This document shows, piece by piece, positions 24,023 through 38,059 of a stretch of 64,000 nucleotides of DNA. Every line of letters begins with the position of its first letter. Position 1 is the stretch's first letter. Location of the stretch: NCBI GenBank assembly GCA_036172245.1, contig JAYWIR010000005.1:5208001-5272000 (forward strand), read 5' to 3'. Both the position numbers and the translations under genes were made by a program. The notes under the pieces are model-generated. The model made no database searches. It was not told the origin of the DNA and worked only from the letters and a program-made list of their open reading frames with translations. This DNA is from Raillietiella orientalis. Lineage: Eukaryota.

Positions 24023-27000
24023 GTGAAGGCTCAGCGTCCCAGCTTTCACAAAAGAAGCTTCTTCACATCCCTCGCCGGCATGTTCTGGGTCCCGATAGCC
24101 CCGCGTTCAGGTGTTTATCCGAGGATCCCCATGTCATCCCATACAAGGGATGTAGACCCAACCTCCTTCGACCACCCAAACTCACAGCAGAGGGATAGAC
24201 ATCACTCTTACGAACCTCTGGGGTGGGCTAGTTGAGTTTGCTGCAAGGAAACAGCTGCTGCAGCTCTAGACGAAACACTTCCACTCAGCTCCGGCGTGGC
24301 TGAATGGAAACGGGAAAGAGCAGCCAGAGAGCGAGAGGTTCTTTCCAGGTGGCGCCTTCTATGAAGAGGACCTTGGAGATGAAATCATTCCATACATGTG
24401 CTGGTAAATTATGCAGCAAACACTCCATGCTTCGTGACGTTGGAATGTGAGAGATCGGAGAATGATGGTTGGAAACGTGTCCTCGGCAGCAGCGCCAGCC
24501 AGGATAGGTAAGACTGGGATTCGTGGCATAGATATGGTGAAAACAGCCCACGGGGCGAGAGTTACGCGTGCGTTCGAGAAGACATGCGTGGAGAATGGTT
24601 ATGATTCCTTAGACTGATGGGATTCAAGCTAGGCGGAAAGGAGAATCAGTGTATTCTTGTAGGGGATCTAAACGGGAATCTAGGCGAGAGGGGCAACGAT
24701 CACGCCTTGGTCCGGTTCTACCTGGAAGTAAAATAGCCTTGGGATGATTATATAGAGTAGGCAGGAGGAAAAAGGACTCGAAAATCCCACAGTCAGCGCG
24801 TTGCGTGAAAGCCATACCCGGAGTCCCTGACGTGGGTAGGGATCAACGATTTCGAGGATCCTGTCTTCTTAGCTGGTCTGGAAATCTCCGCTCGCAGAGA
24901 CGATGTGACTTCCTCTTTCCCGCTGAAAGCATGAGAACCTGGTTGGGATGTTTCCTGGTGAATTTCCAGTTGGCAGACATTTGGATCCAGATCGTGGCCA
25001 AGACGAAACTCGTCATCCGGTCACTCTGGGGTATTTATTCAGACAAAAGCGACTGAGCAAGCTGGGAATGAGGTTCCCTGAGAACAGAAAGGAGTTTTCT
25101 CGGCAGGGGGGCACTGGCACGCAGGCCGTGTTTGCAAGAAGTCCGGAGCAGCGGGGTGGGAGAGGACAAAAATAAATAAAGAGGAACGCTGAGGTTAGGC
25201 ACAGACGGGTTCTTTCTTTGGTTTCGGGCCGTTCCCTCTGCGGGGATTCACCGGGAAAGTCCGGAACGCGTGGAGCGGGACTACAAATACGTAAACAAGT
25301 AAATAAATAGAAAAAGATGAAAAGATGAAAGGCGAAAAAAAGAGAGCGCGTGAATACCTTCAAGATGATTGAATCGTTTCTGGAAAAATCCAGTCACAAG
25401 ATTTTGAATATTGAATATCAATTGTTTGATTTAGTCATAACCTTGCGCATGGGCACAAGGAGGAGGGGGCTCGGGCAGGATTTAACTAGAGGGATGGCTG
25501 CGAGGATGACGAGGAATAGATGATTGGGGTATGTTTAGCATAATGAGGACAAGAACGGGAGAGAAAATGTTGCGGAGGTGAGAATGGAGCTGCGAGTGGG
25601 TGTTTTTTTTTGTTGTTGTTTTTCTTTTTTTTTACAAGAACAAGATCGTACATGTCTCAACGAGTTTATCAAGTGGGTGGATGGTTGACAGGTTGCGGGT
25701 GTTTGATGAGTTTAAAGTGGAGTCTGCTTACACTATGTGGAAGGTTGAAAAGTGGGTCATAATCAGATCAAACAGAGGAGAAGGATTATGAGTTAGGGAA
25801 TGGTTTTTATTTGTATGCAGATAAAGATGCTGGCGAGGGGGAATAAATAAGGGAATCGACTTTTAACAAATGAGAGGAGCGTTCGCGGTTATCCACGAAT
25901 TGACGATGGCCGAAAGAAGTCCGTATCGGAAGAAGAGAAATCCTTATTTTAGGCTCATGGCCATTTTAATGGCATGGTTGGGTAGGGGTCGGAAAAATGA
26001 AGGCGAATCGGGTGTTAGTGCTGGATTTGGGTACGAGGATTTTGGTGCAGCGCAGGTGGGGTATACGTATAGGAAATGGGAAACGGGAAGATAATGGGAG
26101 GTTCAAAAAGATGAGTTGCGAAAGGGAGGGCAACTCATCAACCTAGGAACATTTTTGATGCTGCAAGAGAGTGAAAACATTAAGCCTTTATCGTGGAGAT
26201 TCCTTACTTTAAGGTGCATTAGTGGCATGCTTCTATTTGAAGGGAAGAGGGATTGATCTTTCATTCTGTAGAAAAATGTCTTCATGAATTACTACTTAGC
26301 AGTAATGAGAATGGCGTTTTACCTTCGTGCAGTTATAGCATAAAATAAAATTTAAGAAAGCTTTTTTTGTGTGCCCACGAATGATTTAACTTTCTCATAA
26401 AACATATCCTTAAAATCGGAGGTATAATTCTTCGAAGTTTAATTTTCTTCGAACAACATCGGTCCACTGATCTAAATAGCATACTTTGATTCTATGATCT
26501 GCTGATCGGATAAAAGTTATCTCGTCTATTGGACTCCGAATCTCGGGTTTAAATGAACTCTTGCTTAATTTTTTCTTATTTTTATTTGAAAACAAACATA
26601 AATCTTACTTTATAAATAGCGTAACTTATTCTAGCTGTTTCCTTTTGTATTGATTGAAATGACCTTCTCAATGTGAACTTTTCTATTATTTCTATACCTA
26701 ACCAAATTGTGCACTCTTATAAACACATAATGTTCTGTGCTATTTATTACATAAAACCATATCTAGTTTCTCTTTTAATCATGTAATTACCGTTTTGATG
26801 CCAGGCGTACTGGCAGTCTTTTTCCCTAGCAGAATACCGTAAGCATTCTAATAAATTCCACCTCAGATGAACTGAGAAAGTACTATGGGAAACACTATCA
26901 TTGCAGGTCGCTCTGCCCATGACCTTTAAAGAATTGAGCATTCTAATGGCACATTTTAGTTTCAGGGATCATGACTGATGGTTAAGATTTCCATGGTCCT

Positions 27001-27779
27001 CGAGTCTTTTTCCGAGTTGACTTCCAGAGGCTTGTTCGAATTTTGGATAAGCTTAGACGTCAGCAGGAGATCTGAATAAAATTCTGGAGTAAGTCTGATG
27101 AAGATTCTGTTCAAATTCTGTTCATAGGAGTGGATATATTGAAATGTTTCGCTATTCTCCACACACTTGGCAACAAGAAGGAAATCAGTATATGCGGTGG
27201 AACCAAATTATTGAAAAGAAGCATGAGCATTAAAGCTGATGCTGGCGGCTGTGATCCACAGTTCACAACGTAGCATTTAGAGGAAGTATGGTGTTGACAC
27301 GAAAACACGAATGTGGATCAAGCAGCGGACCCCACAAAAGCTGCCAATCGTGTGTTGCTTTATTAAGGCATTCCCGATATTTCTTTGATGGACCCCTTAT
27401 TCGTAGCTGCTAGAAAGTATTGAAAGCAGCAGTAGACCAACGCTCGTTTTTCAAGTCTTAAAAGCCAATTTTAAGGGTATCAGTTTAAGGGGCATCGGAA
27501 ATCGAATGCTTTCGTAAATGCGGCAAAAGAAAAATCGCTCAGAGCGAACTTGCTGTATTTTTGAACGGCAAGATTATTTTTCAATGACTGTCTTGCATGG
27601 AATGTGATGGGTCTGTCTCGTTTTCACGCTCACTAGGACTCTCGGGACTGATACTCGAAAACTATCCTTTTACCTGAACCAAAACCCCCTAGCATAATGA
27701 AAACTTGCCTTGATCTCTGAATGAGTCCGTTTATGTGACACGATAAGTTTTGCAAACAGGTTGAGCCAGAATGTTAAAT

Positions 27780-29034
27780 GCGAGGCTTGATACTTCGCCG
27801 CCCGCATGAGCAGTCCAACTACGTAACGCGGCTCAACCACTTGTCTCGTGAGACCAGTCTAAGGCAATGTGGCCTGCAACTGCGTCAGATAACCATCTGG
27901 AGCAGACCTGGCCTGCACGAGAGCACTTTCATCTCCTGCCTCCTCGCGAACTGCACTGTCTGGCTTCAGGATTCAGCTTTCACATGGGGAAAGATCCACG
28001 GCTCGAGAGAGGAGGAGCACGCCTGGCTTCCGGAGAAGGAGGCACGCTCGACAGCTCCTGCAGGAGATCGTGCAGAACCCACGGAAACTGCGGTGGGTCT
28101 CGCTCACCCCCTTTGCGCCAGTGCTTCCCTCCCTCATAAACGCTAGGCACAGCGATCTCCCGAGAAGATGGGAAGTGTTCCGCCGTATCCAACACAGAAA
28201 AAACCCTTAGACGCGTGAACAACTCGGGAGCTAGCCGACGCTGCGACCCCGAGTGTCCCTCCGAAAGGACTGCTACGCTGGGGCGAGCTGCTCGCGATAC
28301 CTCTGGAGGAGGTGAAGTGGCCCCCAGCGTGCTGGAACAGTAGCACCCTCCCCATGGAGTGGCCTTGCTGGTGTTGCATTGGGGAATCGCATGCAAAGCA
28401 TGTCTCCATCATTGGACACGGGAAGTTGCGAGAGCTACGGCGAAAAATAAATGTTGTCTTATCTTCTGCTGGACTGTGCCGCACTCCGACCCCTCTGAGA
28501 TCGTCTGTCGACGATCCTGGGAAACCCGGAAGGCAGCCACAGGGACATTCTTAAGATCCCCTTCGTTCGTTCTGATCTGCCGCCAGCCGCTTCCCTAGCA
28601 GTTCTCTGCTGCATCCGCGGAACCCTGGAGGGCTGGAATGCGAGAAAAAGAGGCCAGAATAGCAGGGAAGCCATCCACTGGACACGGATCTTTTTGAGGA
28701 CCGCATCCAGTTGACCCCACCTGGGCAATGTGAGAACGCAACTCGTCGACATCTTGGACAGGATACAGAGGACGTATCCAGGCGAAAAGTGATCCCTTCC
28801 CTCCCCTCCCCTTCCAAGGAAGCATCACCCTCCCCTTTTTTCACTTTTTTGTTTCTTTTTTTTGTTTGTGGTCTTCCCTTCCCCTTCGCCGTGGAAACAG
28901 ACCTCGCCGGTCTACGGACCGGTGATCGGCAAGTTGGACTGTTGTGGTGAATCAAGCGGTTCACCACGGGAGCATTTAATTGTACTTTTTTTATTATTTC
29001 TATAATAAATGCCCCGGCAAATCCAGGTGATAAA
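27780..29034 (+). mobile_element. L1/Tx1-clade LINE, decayed 3' fragment
   Basis: 'AFTWGK..LPEKE' (FxWxGK..LPKxxGG-like), 'LVLHWG' (matching 'LAVHWG' at 9.9 kb and 'FLYWG' at 38.8 kb), 'LLLDC' zinc-finger end, and AATAAA at 29004 followed by the shared 3' motif. Confidence 0.6.
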
Positions 29035-29845
29035 CCTCTTGGTCTCCAAACAGTTTGCAATATACCTGATTACATGCATTTAGGTTCCTCATAGTTTGTA
29101 TGCAAGAGCGTAGGGTATTGCACTGAGCTCCGGATATCGAGAAGAAGAACAGAAGGCTGTCTTTCTGTCCTCTATTCTCTTGTGCACCTTCAGTGCTGGG
29201 CTCCCTACAAGCCACAGCAACAGTATGGCACTCAAATAGTGCCCATAACACTCACCAAGTGACCGGTTAACGTACCGTAGTACTTTTGACAGAGCACAGA
29301 GAGCAAGTTTCTTTCTTCCTATCGTTGCTTTCTAGTTCAGTGGCTCTCTAGTGGTCAAAAATCAGATTTCGTGTCATAAATTGCTTTCCCTCTCCCGCTT
29401 CCTACTTGCCTTTTCCAAGCTTCCCTCGTGTTCATCATGGATGAGATCAAGAAAACTATAGATGTATGTAAATTGCCAAAGAGTTTAAATTACTGAAGAC
29501 TCTGTCAGATTCTTAAGTTACCTCGAACTTATTTTGCAGAATGCCATGTAAACTGATTTGTTGCTTTTTGCAAGTCAAGTTACGACGTATTGATATGTAG
29601 GTGTACGGATGCGCCTTTTCTATCACTTTTAACTCCGTCGTGCAAGTGTGTCCGAATGTAACAAAAAAAAAAAAAAGGAAAGAGTGTGATTTTTTTTTTT
29701 TTTTGGGGGGGGGGGGAGGGATGGGAGGGATTTCCCTCGCCCTTCCCTCTTCTTGACCTTCTCATATACCTCGAGTCTCCTTTTCCGAATCACAAATTTG
29801 CCAACTACACACCAGTCGAATCACGGAAATGTATTTTCAACATGC

Positions 29846-30987
29846 TCATCGCTTTGTGTTGGAAAAAAATATTTCTTCAAACAGTTGATTTTCTTCTAAG
29901 TTTTCGGAACACTCGCATTTGTGTGACGCATTCGAGTTTGAATCCATGGGTGTGGCAGACGAGCACTTTGTGGCGCTATCGATGTCTTTGCTGGAAGGTT
30001 TGTTCCCCGGTGGAAGAGGCTCGGCGTTGTCTAATTTGAACATAAAGCTCTCCGAGTTCCCGACGTTGGGTTCATCTCTGTGAGCCGAATGCAACGTTGC
30101 TTCCAGCCGGTTTTTCTCCTCTCTCAACAGATTCTTTAGGAACTGAGTTCGGAATTGCTCGGGCATGAAATCGTGCGAACTGCTTTTATTTTTGCCGTCC
30201 ATACCATTCTGGTGGAAACAGTTTACAAGTTTACACGGGCACTCGTTGGCAAAACTTCTGAAGCACTCGCACAAAGGGAACTGTTGATTCATTCTGCTGC
30301 TTGAGGCAGCAGCGGAGATCTTGGAATTTGACAAGTCATTCAGTACACTGTACAATTTTTGGAGAAAGTCCGAGCCAACGTGGATGCAACAGCACGCAGG
30401 AGATCGCTGAGGAAAGTTCCACAAATCTTTCGGAGCCTTGCATCTCCACAAAGATTCGTCCACTCCGGCGACTTCAAGCATTTCTTTGTAATAGCGCGCT
30501 TCACCCTGGAATTTGTCGCACTTCTTCTGTAGACTCAGATTTTCTTCTATAAGTTTAGTCATCTCTTTTTGGGAGTATTCTTTATGCTTTAGAATTTCCT
30601 TTTGCCATTCTTTAATCAGAGCAATCAACTTCTGCCTCTCGGCTTTGTGCAATTTTTTCTTGGCGATTTCTTCTTCTAAACGGTCCTTTAATAGCAGCTG
30701 GGCTCTTTGATAAAAGTCGTGCAAGTGTTTTTTCTCTTCAGAGTAAGATCCACCACGTGTTCTCGAGGGAGGGTAATTCTCACGTTTCGATCGGTTAAAT
30801 TCGATTTCCAGTCGACTCTTCTCCTCACTAACTCTGGATTCATTCCAAAGATCAACAAGAGTAAAGCACTAAGAACCGCTTACCTTGCGAATTCTGTTAT
30901 CAAGTGGGCGATTCGTTTCTTGTCCTCATAACAAAGATCAGCTAGTCTTACTGCTCCACCATCATTGGGGCGCTTTTCTTGAACACA
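29846..30987 (-). CDS. Hinderin/KIAA1328-like coiled-coil protein, 5'-incomplete model. Exons 30987-30884 and 30833-29846.
   Basis: Splicing a 50-nt GT-AG intron (30834-30883) gives 'VRLADLCYEDKKRIAHLITEFARVSEEKSRLE', which resembles the hinderin motif LxDLCxEDKRRIAxLIxELARVSEEK as I recall it. A stop-free, coiled-coil-rich frame continues to TGA at 29846. The start exon was not identified. Confidence 0.7.
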
Positions 30988-33900
30988 CTATTGTAAGTAA
31001 AGTATTTGGATATTATATAACATTCCAATATAAAAAAAAATTTTTTTTTTTTTTAAAATAAAACACTCATCAGCAAAATGATCCAAGTTGTCTGCCGCTT
31101 TGACAGTGCTTGACTCCCTAAGAGAGTTTCTAAGTTAAGTACGATGTACGATGAGAAAGAATGAACTTCTTCGAAGATTAGAGATGAATAAACTTCGTGC
31201 ATCTGCTCAACAGTTTGCTTTGATAGAATGCCATAAGTTTCATAGCAAATAAACCTTTTAGTCTTCTTTCTCACGATGTAGCTGCTTTCGTATATCTTAC
31301 TCTTTACTACTCTTGATCCGTTGCTACTCTTATTAGAATTATTCAGAACATTTATGATAATGATTTCTTCATGTGTCAGAGATAATCTCATTCTTCATCA
31401 TCCCAATCAGCAAAATTGTCTTTCAGTACGTATTTTCTGTCACTTTGCATGTCTTTCCAAGAGCGGTATGCTAATCCTGCTGCATGGCTTACAGTGATGA
31501 GGAAACTACCATCAGCATTTACTCATCATCTCGTACTTGTCGGGTGTTGGCAAACAACTGATATCTGTATCCTGCAGTTCATAGCTCGTTAATTGGAACA
31601 CTGAAGGAAGTCTTCCACATTTGCTCATTTGTCGATGGAAAAGTCTTTAAATGTCCTCCCTAAAAATGCTCACCTTACTAGGGTGCCCGTCTGAGAAGAT
31701 TCGAGATATATATCCCCCTGAAAGTTTTGCATCGTAGAATATTTGTTTGACAGTTGATGAGGGGTTGACGTCTTGGAAATAAAAATTACGAAAATTCGTA
31801 TTCGTCGTCAAGAAATCAGCAAAAAACTTGATTATCATTTCAATTGTACCACACAGTCCTATACAGATCATCACAGTACGAGGTGCAAGAAAAAGTTCCA
31901 TTTTCTCCCTGATGTAACCAAGCGACTGCTAGTTGATGCCTTTCCTGAGCTGAATGTCTTCACAAGGATTGCAGAAATGTCTAGTGCGACGACGAGGAAA
32001 TCCATTGCCTTGATGGCCTATGACCACTAAAGGGAAGTCTTCTGAGCATAACCTGCAAGCCGGATTTGCCACATCCTACAGCAGCAAGGACTTTCGTATT
32101 GGCATGGAGTGAACAAAGACAAAAACTAACGGACTGCAAAACGGAACGTGTAAAGCCTGTGTTTGGGGTTTAAGGGTGCGCGGTGCTTTGCTGGAAAAAT
32201 TCGATTTCCAATAAATCCGAATCGAAACACAAATGGGAAGTGCATTCCAGTCCTCCTTAGACTTTTTCAGCTTGTTCTTTCACATTCTCTGGGAGAAGGG
32301 ATGCGTTATCACAAATCAAGAGATGTTTCGATCCCGAAGCTGTGAAGCGTAACGTGATCCATGTATAAATGGTTAGCAGCATTTTCTTTTCTTTCTCTTT
32401 TTCCTTTTGTTTTGACATTTATAAGCTCATATGCAGAACAGCTCTCATTCAAAATCTCAAGAATTGAATTTTCGAAATAAGCATTCATTAATTACTTATT
32501 GGCTTACATGTTTTTCGGAATGCTGTTATTACACTAAGGTACGCTATATATCAACATTTAACAAAAGTTGCAAAAGGTGGAATGGACTACTACAAGCACA
32601 CTGAGTGGATGCTATGCGGGCGTGCTTTTACTAGACAGGGATGTGGATGTAAGAAAACGTGCTGATCGGGCATGGATATCGGAAAGTGACAGAGTCGTAT
32701 TTAAACGGTGGGGAGTCAGTTGTGTAAGAAATTAAAAAGCAAAATCACTTTTTTGAACATAGCATTGAAAAAGGGGAATGCATCTTTCAGGCAATGAAAA
32801 AAGGGATTAACGAGGGAAAGAGGAACGAACCCCCCCTCCCCCCCCCCAAAAATATGATGCAAAAAATCCAAAATGCTTTTGTTTCCTTAATGCGTATGGA
32901 GGAAAGCAGAGAATATATAAAACAAACGAAATCACATACGATGGATGAATGATATGGAATACCATACTTTCCATCTCGTGTTGACAAGCTCACGAAATGA
33001 TGAAGTGTTCTCAATACATCAACAAACATAGTACAGTGAATCTGATAGTTATAATGTATTTAATTTTTTTTCATGGTATCGCACAAATAGCTCGACAAGG
33101 AATATGGGTCATGAAGGAACGTTTTCGGAACATTATTAGGATCCCAAGGAAACATTTTTTTTTTTTCCTTTGCTTTCAAGAAGACACACCATATCTAATT
33201 TTTGATTCAAAGCAATCGCTCCGACAGATTCCCTTTGTTTCTGTTTTGCATCTTAATCAAGTTTTCCTCCGGGTTTACAGTTTCCTTTCCAGAAGAATTC
33301 TTGATTTTGAAGCTAGTTCCGCCTCACCAGAACTGATACGCACAGTACAAAATCCAATAGGAAAAAGACTAGACACGTATAACCTGGCGATCTGCGTAAG
33401 AAATGTTTCTGTCTGATGACCAAAGAAAGCAGCTCGATATCTTCAGGCATTCGCCGCTTGTTCCACAGCTTGCCTGCTGCACCAGGACGCGATCGAGTCC
33501 GCTGCGTGAGATGGCGTTTCGGTCCACGCTGCATTTCGATGGTGAGGCAGGCCAAACGAGGAGCAGCTGAGATTTTTGAGGCAGTCAGTGATAGATCATG
33601 CAGAGCTGCAAGGCGGTCCTGCTGGCTCGCACAAAAGCCTCTCCGAACGTTGCGCAAAATGAAGGAGTCACCAGGACACTGGAAGAATGGACATCATCCA
33701 GATTCAGAACACTTTCCATGACGTCGTCATCAGTCTTCTGCGTACTTGTCCCAGGAGCGATTCGGACGAGGCACGAGGAGTGTATTGCAAGAATCCGAAG
33801 GATGATCTTTACTCGAGAAGACAGGCTTGAATGCAAGAAAGCTCCAGCGTGTCGATGCCTTCCTTGTTTTTCAGAATCTTGGCCGTATTCATCCACCGGA

Positions 33901-36900
33901 AATCACGCTGGTGCTGGTAGGACCGCTGCTTCGGACACATTTAGCGTTTATCGTAATCGAACTGGTGGTTATTTTTGAATTACATTATTCTCGAAACTTT
34001 TGGAACACTCCTAGGAATTGGAAAATTAAAGGCAGACTTCATCTTTTCGCACTCAAGTATATTTTAATCATTCACACAAAGAATAGGTGTATTCATTCAC
34101 TATCAAGAATCACTAATAAAACAGGTTAGGTTTAGAGGACGAGATTAAGATGAGATTGTGCATGCAATATCTCTCCTAAATTTCCCCAAGTGATCTTATA
34201 TAAGTTTCAGCTCACTGCAAAATTCATTTTGGCTTCCATGTTCCAAACTCGTGCCATTTGTCAATACCTGAAGCAGTAGGAGAAAAAAAAAACTGGTCCT
34301 CTGCAAAGTATCATAGATTGAAAGAGTATTCAGACTGAAGAGGGATCGTGGATGGATTTTCCTATTGACAGATTAGCTGACGGGAAATTCATCACACCAA
34401 AAGCGCTTCTTCGACAGACGTCGTATGTAAAGTCGCAGTGATCTCTTGATGAAACTCGAACCTACTTATCGGTTCCTCAGGAAACATTAGAAGCATTTTT
34501 TTTTTGTTCTTGTTTTTATGTTTCCCTTTCTTCTGCAGAATCCATGAAGCAAAATCTAAGCAGTAATGGACTTCCTCATTAGAAAGAAAACGCTAATTAG
34601 TGCAATGACCATTACGTAGTGCGACCACGGAAGTAACACTTCTTTGGATCAAGATCTGTGTTTCAACAACCGTCTCACTCGCAACGCAGCATCCGGAAGG
34701 AACATCCCGACACCGAAAACACGTGGAAGGAAGAATTCAAAAAGTGTGCTCTGGAAAATAGTCGATAACCACGTAACCACAATTATGGCATTCGCACAGA
34801 TCTACAAATGTGTGGATAAATATGCTGAAATTTTTAGCATCCTCATCGTTTGTTTTCTAAAGTATGAGCACTAACACATTATCCGAATACGTACAGAATA
34901 ATGCCTTTCAAATTGCACTGTGTACTCACCAAAGTACCATTGTGCTTTGAATTTTTTTTTTTTTTAAAAAAGCGGAGAGATATGTTATTAAACCTTTATC
35001 AAATCATAAAATTTTTTCCTTTGATTTATTTCAATACGTACATAAAGAAATCCAATTTTCTTAAATCTTTCTAGTAGTATTTTTAGAAGGCATTTATAAA
35101 TGAACATAACTTGTCAAAAAACTGAAAATCACATACTGAATTTACTTAGTATCAATATGTGCAATAGCTGAGTAGTTGACTGCAGACATCATCATCAAAT
35201 AAGTATCATTCTTATATTTAAGAAATTGTAAATCTAATACACAAGCTAAAAATCAGATTGTTCTTCATAAACGCAATCATTACTTAATATATAAGATCTT
35301 ATATTATGTCAGCGGGTCATGAAATCCGTTTTGCAAAAATTTGGAAAAAAAAAAATCGGAGGCTAAGCAGGCGGAAATCAGTTTTATCATTTATGAATTT
35401 TCCTAAGGATGATGTAGGAATAATATTTGTGAGATTATTGGAAATGACTAGGGGTTGTTTTGAAAACTCTTTGAAAAGTCCCCCAAACCTTGAGATCCTT
35501 TTAACTGTTTTTGAAAACTCTTTTGTAAAGATTTAAACAAGGAGTGGTTTTCAAGGCTTTAAGCGACATTACCAGAAGCTCAAGTCCTGCTTAAGCAGAG
35601 ATTTACGCAAAATTTGAGAAAACCAATTTTTATTTTTGTTTTTGCCAGAATAAATGATCTTAGTGTTTGTTCATTGAATCCCAGAATGGACTGAGGAAAT
35701 TGCTTGCAAACAGCAAGATGGCGACAAAGTTCGCAGAAGGCCTTTATTTTTAAAAATGCCACAAAATCGTCTAAGATTTAAGGATCAAGATAAACTACGT
35801 TCTCAAAATTAGGAAGAGATTCTTTTTACCGTTCTTTTCTATTGCATTTAGTAAACTGCTTGCTGAATATTTCTTCTGTTTTTCTTTTTTGCTATCAAAG
35901 AATGTAGAGAAGCAATTTCGACTTTCGCCTCCGCTAGAGTATGACAAGTTAATTTCATCTGAGCTTTTTCTATACATATAGCATTCTTTCTGAAAAAATT
36001 AAAATGACTACAGAATCTTATGCGGAAATTGTAGCAAGAAACAAAATGCTACTTAAAACATGCAAAAGCTTTTTACTTCATATTCGTGATTTATCTTACG
36101 AACCTATTGATTTCTTTCCAAACTCGATTTCACATTCCCTATCTTTACGGCAGTAACATCCATTAAATTAATAATTAAACACCTTGGTGAATATATACAA
36201 AGAAAAATACACAATTAACTCAAATAAATTGCCAAATTTCAACATGTAATTTCACCAAGGCAACTATTGTTTACGTCTTAAAAGCAAACGCACATTTTTT
36301 TCTGTGTACCAACATCATTCTGCACTTTTTCATGAATATTGAAAAATATAGTCTCTAGAATACAGTTTTCACACTAAATACAGCTCTTACAGTTTTTAAA
36401 TTGAATTCAGGGGTTACAAAATACTGAATGCAGTTTTTACACTGAATTTCGATTAGTAGATGATGAATATTCCAAATTTCATGTGGATAGATTAAACGAA
36501 TCCAGTTTGGTTACGAGGGGAAAAATTAAAAAAATATACGTGAAAGCTGTTTCAGAAATTCCCTTAAAAGTTCCAGAACAGAACTTTCGGTTGGATATTC
36601 AGTCGTGTATTTTTTAAAAAAATATAATGAACGGGATGAATGAACGATCATTATGGACAGTAATGCATTCGTTCGATGAAAGGTGCCGGATGACATTGGT
36701 AAATGGAAATCGAGGATAATTAAACACAACTTCCTATATGAATATTTTCCATTTTCTATATGAATCAAGGACTTTTCAGCTAGAGGAAAATTACTTCGTA
36801 GTCATCATTCTCAATAAAACTTTTAGTAGTGTTAATTTTTTTTAGCATTTCTAATTCAGATATAGTTTTGATAGAAATTTCCATTGCCCAAAATGTCTCA

Positions 36901-38059
36901 TTCACTACAGCGCACTGCAATCATGGCTTAAACCAGATTTCGAAATGTAACTGCAATGGTCCTGTCAGAAAACGATTGCTTCTTGACAACCATATCCATG
37001 AAACTTCTTTCCTTGATCTCGATCAACTTATACCTGTCCAGAAGGAAGCTACTGCTCTTACAGACTGTATACAAAGACTTACAGACTCCATACAATTTAA
37101 ACAGGAACCTACAGATACCCCGTATCTTCCAGGCAATTATTATCTGTCCCTCAGAGTACTTGCAGTTGGAGTGCCGAATTGTTTCTCCGTTTTTTTTACC
37201 TGGGAAAATCGACTTTGATTAATTCGTCTCAGCTCATCTTCCTTTCAGATGTTAAGTGAATTCCTTAGTGCCTGATACATTTCGATTTTGCCGAGTTTAT
37301 GCTCATTCAAATTCAATACATATAATAAATGTTCGAAGGAATTTTCAACAATTTCCATCATCTGCTTATTCTGCCCTCGACGAACAGTCATTCATCATGA
37401 AGGCTTGAGGACAGTTATTCATCTGGACCAGTGTCCCAAGGTGTGTCCCATGTCCCAGCTGTGCTAAATGTTGGCTCACACCATGTTTTCTGCCTTTGAG
37501 CGGGAAATCTCGAGCTCTGAGTAGCTCATCGTTTGTCGAGGGTTCTCAAAGATCCTATCACTAGTGCTATTAGTGAAGCGACTACTCCTCTACCGCGAAA
37601 AGAACGGCCAGCTTCCCTCATTCGGTCTCCTTTCTTTGCCGCCTTCTGAAAGTGATTGGATACGAGCAGCCTTGTATTTCGGCGTTTCCTAATAGGTGTT
37701 CCTTTCATGAAGGCCTGCAAAGGTAGATTTCCGTTTTTTTAGAGGGATTCTGGAAACCAGAAAAGAAAAAAAACTGAGCATGCTTCCTGAGAAAAGTTTT
37801 GTGATCGCACATGGAAATGACACCATGGTTGCCCATCATCCAGGGATAATGAAAGATAGCTAGACGAAATATGAATGCTGGGAACTCGGGAATAAAGGAA
37901 AAATTTCAGCATTTAAAAGGAAATTTGGGATATAAGCTGAAATTGCTTGGAGCTGATGGAAGACTTTTTCTCGGTAGACAGCAACAGAAGCGGTCATAAC
38001 CGTGCGCGAGCCAAAAAATAAAAAAGAAAAAAAAATGTGTTTGCATTCCCAAAACCAAA

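Noticed and set aside
29662..29720. Adjacent A, T and G homopolymer runs
   Set aside because: Simple low-complexity sequence, common across the window. Run lengths may reflect sequencing error.
33313..33980. GC-richer block with 100-126 aa ORFs on both strands
   Set aside because: No recognisable motif or consistent splice structure, so it cannot be called as a gene or TE.
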